Origin: Halalkalibacterium halodurans
Lineage (GTDB): Bacteria; Bacillota; Bacilli; Bacillales; Bacillaceae_D
NCBI RefSeq assembly: GCF_004376175.1
Contig: NZ_SNUY01000012.1
Span: forward strand, 1 to 32,000
Direction of reading: 5' to 3'
Length of the DNA stretch: 32,000 nucleotides
In this document: one piece after another, positions 28,000 through 32,000 of the stretch
How the letters are laid out: every line of letters starts with the position of its first letter
How positions within the stretch are numbered: the first letter of the stretch is position 1
Position numbers and translations under genes: made by a program
Notes under the pieces: model-generated
Told to the model about the DNA's origin: nothing
The model's input: the letters and a program-made list of their open reading frames with translations, nothing else
The model's database searches: none

Positions 28000-29364
28000 C
28001 TATCTTATTCCGAACTCTATTTCTGCTTGAACCGTAGCATCATAGAAACGCTCCAGGACATCGTCGAGTTGTTCTCTCGTAATGATCAATGGCGGTAAGA
28101 AACGAATAACGCTACTAAACCGTCCACCTACTTCTAAAATTAGTCCCCGTTCAAAGCAATGACGCTGGATCGCCTTTGCTAACTCGCCATAAGCAGGATA
28201 ACTCCCAATTGCATTTGGTTGTATTCGTGGATCAATGATTTCAACACCGATCATAAGACCACGCCCTCTCACATCACCAATAGAGCGCATGCTTGATTGG
28301 ATCGACGAAAGCTGATCCTTCACATATTGCCCCAACTCATGCACATGCTTTGGTACTTGGTTCTCTTTGATATATTGTAGTGTCGCCCGTCCTGTTGCCA
28401 TTGCCATTTGGTTGCCTCTAAAGGTTCCAATATGGGCACCTGGCTCCCATTGATCAAGCTTGCGATCATAAAGGACCACGGAAAGAGGAAGACTTCCGCC
28501 AATGGCTTTCGATAAAACTAAAACATCTGGCTCAATTCCAGCATGTTCAAAGGCAAACATTTTCCCAGTACGGCCGATACCAGTCTGGACTTCATCAATA
28601 ATAAGTGGAATGTTGCGCTCTGATGTCATCCGGCGTAATTCCTTTAACCATTCAACTGGTGCTGGGATCGATCCCCCTTCCCCTTGTACAACTTCCACAA
28701 TGATGCCAGCTGGTTTGACCAGTCCACTTTCTGGGTCATCGAGAAGGGATTCGAGATATGTACTGTTGACACGATGTCCGTCCTTCCCGATTCCAAACGG
28801 GCAGCGGTATTCATATGGATAAGGAAGAAAATGCGTATCTGGAATTAGAGCATGGATGCGCTTTTTCGGATCAGTCGTCCCGGTCAAGCTAAGGGCACCG
28901 TGTGTAGAGCCGTGGTAGCCGCCTTGAAATGACAGCATCGCTCTATTCCCTGTCGCTGTCTTTACGAGCTTAACGGCCGCTTCAACAGCGTCTGCCCCCG
29001 TTGGTCCACAAAAATGAATCTTTGCTTTTTTCGCAAATGACTCAGGCAACGAAGCGAATACTTCATCGACGAAAGCTTCCTTCACTGGTGTCGTTAGATC
29101 AAGTGAATGTAAAGGGACATATGATGCTAACACTCCTTCAATCGCTTGGCGAATCACCGGATGATTATGACCAAGCGCAAGCGTTCCTGCACCTGCTAAG
29201 CAATCGATGAATTGCTTGCCGTTCATATCGGTTACGCAAATCCCTTCCGCTTTTTGAATCGCAAGTGGTAACCGTCTTGGATAAGACCTTGCACTTGACT
29301 CCCGTTTCTCTTGTTGCGATAAGAATTGTTGATTTGTAGCTGTTACTTGAGCGATTACATCCAT
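28000..29364 (-). CDS. rhbA: diaminobutyrate--2-oxoglutarate transaminase (class III aminotransferase, RhbA/Dat/EctB-like)
   Basis: 454 aa. ATG 29364 follows AAAGGGGTG. Motifs present: GAGTLALGHNHP, EVVQGEGG, IIDEVQTGIGRTG, LSKAIGG. Confidence 0.9.
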   Translation of the reverse strand: MDVIAQVTATNQQFLSQQEKRESSARSYPRRLPLAIQKAEGICVTDMNGKQFIDCLAGAGTLALGHNHPVIRQAIEGVLASYVPLHSLDLTTPVKEAFVDEVFASLPESFAKKAKIHFCGPTGADAVEAAVKLVKTATGNRAMLSFQGGYHGSTHGALSLTGTTDPKKRIHALIPDTHFLPYPYEYRCPFGIGKDGHRVNSTYLESLLDDPESGLVKPAGIIVEVVQGEGGSIPAPVEWLKELRRMTSERNIPLIIDEVQTGIGRTGKMFAFEHAGIEPDVLVLSKAIGGSLPLSVVLYDRKLDQWEPGAHIGTFRGNQMAMATGRATLQYIKENQVPKHVHELGQYVKDQLSSIQSSMRSIGDVRGRGLMIGVEIIDPRIQPNAIGSYPAYGELAKAIQRHCFERGLILEVGGRFSSVIRFLPPLIITREQLDDVLERFYDATVQAEIEFGIR

Positions 29365-29406
29365 TTGCGTACACCCCTTTATATCATGCTATGTTGATAA
29401 ACCTAG

Positions 29407-29421
29407 TGATAATGATTATCA
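29407..29421. promoter_or_regulatory. Fur box (perfect 7-1-7 TGATAATGATTATCA)
   Basis: Exact match to the Bacillus 7-1-7 Fur operator TGATAATnATTATCA. It lies 43 nt upstream of the rhbA start. Confidence 0.75.
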
Positions 29422-29439
29422 TTACCAACTCACATACAT

Positions 29440-29469
29440 ACTTTAATTGATAATGATAATCATCGTCAA
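29440..29469 (-). promoter_or_regulatory. putative sigma-A promoter of the siderophore operon
   Basis: Read on the - strand: TTGACG (29469-29464), an 18-nt spacer, then TAAAGT (29445-29440). The spacer is occupied by the second Fur box. Confidence 0.4.
29448..29462. promoter_or_regulatory. second Fur box (TGATAATGATAATCA, one mismatch to 7-1-7)
   Basis: 14 of 15 positions match TGATAATnATTATCA. It overlaps the predicted promoter spacer. Confidence 0.65.
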
Positions 29470-29830
29470 TGATGTTCCCAATAAATATGAAAATAAACCT
29501 ATATTTCTTTATAGAATAGGGAGCAATAGTTTCAGAAAACCTCCTAGTTATTTGCAACTCTCCCTACTTCGACACTTAAAAAATTCTCAGCATTTGGAGA
29601 AAAAACAGATCCCCCTGACAATTGTCACATTTCCTTTCATAATTAGGCTACACGTCAGGACAGTCCCAAATCCGTTTTCCTAGCATGTAAACGCATCAGT
29701 TCATCCTAAAGGTGCGAAATACAACCTTTCTTATAAATCGTTTTACCTATCGCTTGCCATCCTTTATCCAAACCTTTATGCGAGAAGCACGTTCTTCTCC
29801 TTTGTCCCCTTTTAAAGAAAGGGAACACAA

Positions 29831-29872
29831 ACAGCCCCCTTATCCTAACGAATGCTAGGATAAGGGGGCTGT
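29831..29872. terminator. strong terminator hairpin downstream of pyc
   Basis: 17-bp perfect stem ACAGCCCCCTTATCCTA/TAGGATAAGGGGGCTGT (29831-29847 with 29856-29872). TCTTTTAT follows on the + strand and TTGTGTT on the - strand. Confidence 0.65.
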
Positions 29873-29885
29873 TCTTTTATAAAGC

Positions 29886-32000
29886 TTATAGCTCTTTCAC
29901 TTCGATTAGTAAATCACCTGTTTGAATCGCATCTCCGTCTTTCACATGCAAGGCAACAACTTCTCCATCAAATGGGGCTTGTACAGTCGTTTCCATCTTC
30001 ATAGCTTCCGTGATCATGAGATGATCTCCTTGCTTCACTTTGTCACCCTTTTCAACAAGAGCCTTCACAACCGTTCCTGGCATGGACGCTCCGATATGAT
30101 TAGGATTTGATTTATCGGCCTTTGGACGAGAAATAATGCTCGTCTTCACGCTTTGGTCTTTAATCAACACTTCCCGTGGTTGACCGTTCAATTCAAAGTA
30201 AACGATCCGGTTTCCATCATCCTGTGGCTTGGAAAGGGAAATAAATTTTACAATTAATGTTTTCCCTTGTTCGATTTCCACTTCAATTTCCTCACCTGGA
30301 CGTAAACCATAGAAGAAGGTAGGTGTATCAAGAACCGAGACATCTCCGAATGTTTGACGGAACCGTTCAAATTCCATAAAGACTTTTGGATAAAGAGCAT
30401 ATGATAGAATGTCATGGCTCGTCACTTGACGATCCAACTTGTTATATAGCTCTTCTTTAATCGCCTCAAATTGGATTGGCTCCATATTTTCACCAGGGCG
30501 ATTCGTAATTGGTTTCCGTCCTTTCAGGATGATTTCCTGCAATTTCTTTGGAAACCCTTGGTACGGTTGACCTAGCTGTCCTTCAAAAAACTCAACAACT
30601 GAATCAGGGAAGTCAAGCTTATGACCATTCTCATAAACCTCTTCCTCGGTCAGGTCGTTTTGCACCATGTACAAGGCCATATCACCGACTACTTTAGATG
30701 ATGGCGTTACTTTGACGACATCTCCAAACATGTCGTTCACCGTCCGGTACATTTTCTTCACTTCGTTCCAACGATGACCGAGACCTACTGCTTTCGCTTG
30801 CTGCTGTAGGTTACTATACTGTCCACCTGGCATTTCATGCTCGTATACCTCAGTGTGTGGTGCGTTCATACCACTTTCGAATCCAGCATAAAACTTCCGC
30901 GTCTCTTCCCAGAATTCAGCTAATTGCTCTAGTGCGGTAATGTTCACATTCGGTTGACGTTCAGAGTCCGCTAGTGCATAGTATAAGCTATTCGCGCTCG
31001 GCTGTGATGTGAGACCTGCCATTGAACTTACAGCCACGTCAACGATATCGACGCCCGCTTCAATGGCCCGAGCATACGTAAAGATACCATTACCGCTCGT
31101 ATCATGTGTATGAAGGTGAACGGGGATCGTCACCGTATCCTTTAATTCTGCCACTAGTTGGTAAGCAGCTTCTGGCTTTAAGAGTCCTGCCATATCTTTA
31201 ATTCCAAGAATGTGTGCACCTGCTGCTTCTAGTTCTTTCGCTAATTTTTTATAGTACGCCAAATCGTACTTCGGTCTGCTCGAATCTAAAATGTCACCCG
31301 TATAACAAATCGTAGCTTCAGCAATTTTATTTGCTTCCCCAACCGCTTCAATGGCTAACTTCATACCTTCAACCCAGTTTAAACTATCGAAGATACGGAA
31401 CACATCAATCCCAGCATTCGCTGACTTATCGACAAATTCACGGATCAAATTGTCTGGATAATTTTTGTATCCGACTGCGTTGGAGGCGCGAAGCAACATT
31501 TGAAACAAAACATTAGGTGCTTTTTTCCTCAAGATTAACAGACGCTCCCACGGATCTTCATGAAGGAAACGCATGGCCACATCAAACGTCGCGCCTCCCC
31601 ACATTTCCATGGAAAACAAGTTTGGCAGTAGCCTTGCTGTCGGTTCTGCAATTTGTTTTAAATCATAAGTCCGAACGCGCGTTGCTAAGAGCGACTGATG
31701 GGCGTCGCGGAACGTCGTATCCGTCAACAGAACATGCTTTTGTTCCTTGACCCACTTCGCCAATCCTTCTGGCCCGTGCTGATCAAGTATTTGCTTCGTT
31801 CCGTCTGGTATCGGTTCAGATAGCTTTAACTTTGGAACCGGAGGCTTGTCAAACACCGGTTTTTTCGTTTTTTCAAGCCCAGGATACCCGTTGACAATCG
31901 TCTCACCAATAAATGAAAGCATCTTCGTCCCCCGGTCTTTCCGTTTAGGGAACACAAACAGTTCAGGAGTTTGGTCAATAAAGGACGTATTGTATTCACC
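29886..32000 (-). CDS. pyc: pyruvate carboxylase, C-terminal ~700 residues (5' part beyond the window end)
   Basis: The frame stays open to position 32000 (..GEYNTSFIDQTPELFVFPKRKDRGTKML..). It includes the carboxyltransferase TIM-barrel region (LLTDTTFRDAHQSLLATR, HLHTHDTSG) and the biotinyl domain with EAMKMET. Confidence 0.95.
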   Translation of the reverse strand, partial: GEYNTSFIDQTPELFVFPKRKDRGTKMLSFIGETIVNGYPGLEKTKKPVFDKPPVPKLKLSEPIPDGTKQILDQHGPEGLAKWVKEQKHVLLTDTTFRDAHQSLLATRVRTYDLKQIAEPTARLLPNLFSMEMWGGATFDVAMRFLHEDPWERLLILRKKAPNVLFQMLLRASNAVGYKNYPDNLIREFVDKSANAGIDVFRIFDSLNWVEGMKLAIEAVGEANKIAEATICYTGDILDSSRPKYDLAYYKKLAKELEAAGAHILGIKDMAGLLKPEAAYQLVAELKDTVTIPVHLHTHDTSGNGIFTYARAIEAGVDIVDVAVSSMAGLTSQPSANSLYYALADSERQPNVNITALEQLAEFWEETRKFYAGFESGMNAPHTEVYEHEMPGGQYSNLQQQAKAVGLGHRWNEVKKMYRTVNDMFGDVVKVTPSSKVVGDMALYMVQNDLTEEEVYENGHKLDFPDSVVEFFEGQLGQPYQGFPKKLQEIILKGRKPITNRPGENMEPIQFEAIKEELYNKLDRQVTSHDILSYALYPKVFMEFERFRQTFGDVSVLDTPTFFYGLRPGEEIEVEIEQGKTLIVKFISLSKPQDDGNRIVYFELNGQPREVLIKDQSVKTSIISRPKADKSNPNHIGASMPGTVVKALVEKGDKVKQGDHLMITEAMKMETTVQAPFDGEVVALHVKDGDAIQTGDLLIEVKEL

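Noticed and set aside
29447-29683. 78-aa + strand ORF starting inside the Fur box region (MIMIIIVNDVPNKY...).
   Set aside because: It has no SD, begins in operator DNA, has a low-complexity AT-driven sequence and matches no family. It is treated as non-coding.

Overview
This is a chromosomal segment from a moderately AT-rich Bacillaceae genome. I cannot name the species from sequence alone. In reverse orientation it is collinear with the Bacillus subtilis ylbE-ylbA / cta / pycA neighbourhood. Core genes, left to right: a truncated uvsE remnant, an ATP-grasp ligase, a secreted protein, YlbE-like and YlbD-like proteins, a PaaI thioesterase, O-acetylhomoserine sulfhydrylase, a CAP-domain protein (YlbC-like), a CBS protein (YlbB-like), a YugN-like protein (YlbA-like), an AI-2E/YtvI-like transporter, a GNAT acetyltransferase, a DUF420 (CtaM-like) protein, the caa3 oxidase genes ctaF-E-D-C-B with divergent ctaA, and the 3' two thirds of pyruvate carboxylase. 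Accessory or decayed content: (1) an IS1380-family element with perfect 14-bp terminal inverted repeats and a 5-bp target duplication splits the YtvI-like gene. (2) An IS110-family element sits directly after that gene. It has a short 5' end and a roughly 400-nt ORF-free, strongly structured 3' tail. (3) The GNAT gene carries a -1 frameshift in an A6 tract. (4) A 10-kb Fur-box-controlled NIS siderophore operon (rhbABCDE-MFS-rhbF type, predicted schizokinen-like product) lies between the convergent 3' ends of ctaA and pyc. The most interesting item is the IS110 3' tail. It forms nested helices whose G-U pairs exist only on the recombinase strand, and it is a candidate element-encoded guide RNA (bridge/seek type). 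An att-like imperfect direct repeat brackets the element. I saw no rRNA, tRNA or CRISPR array.
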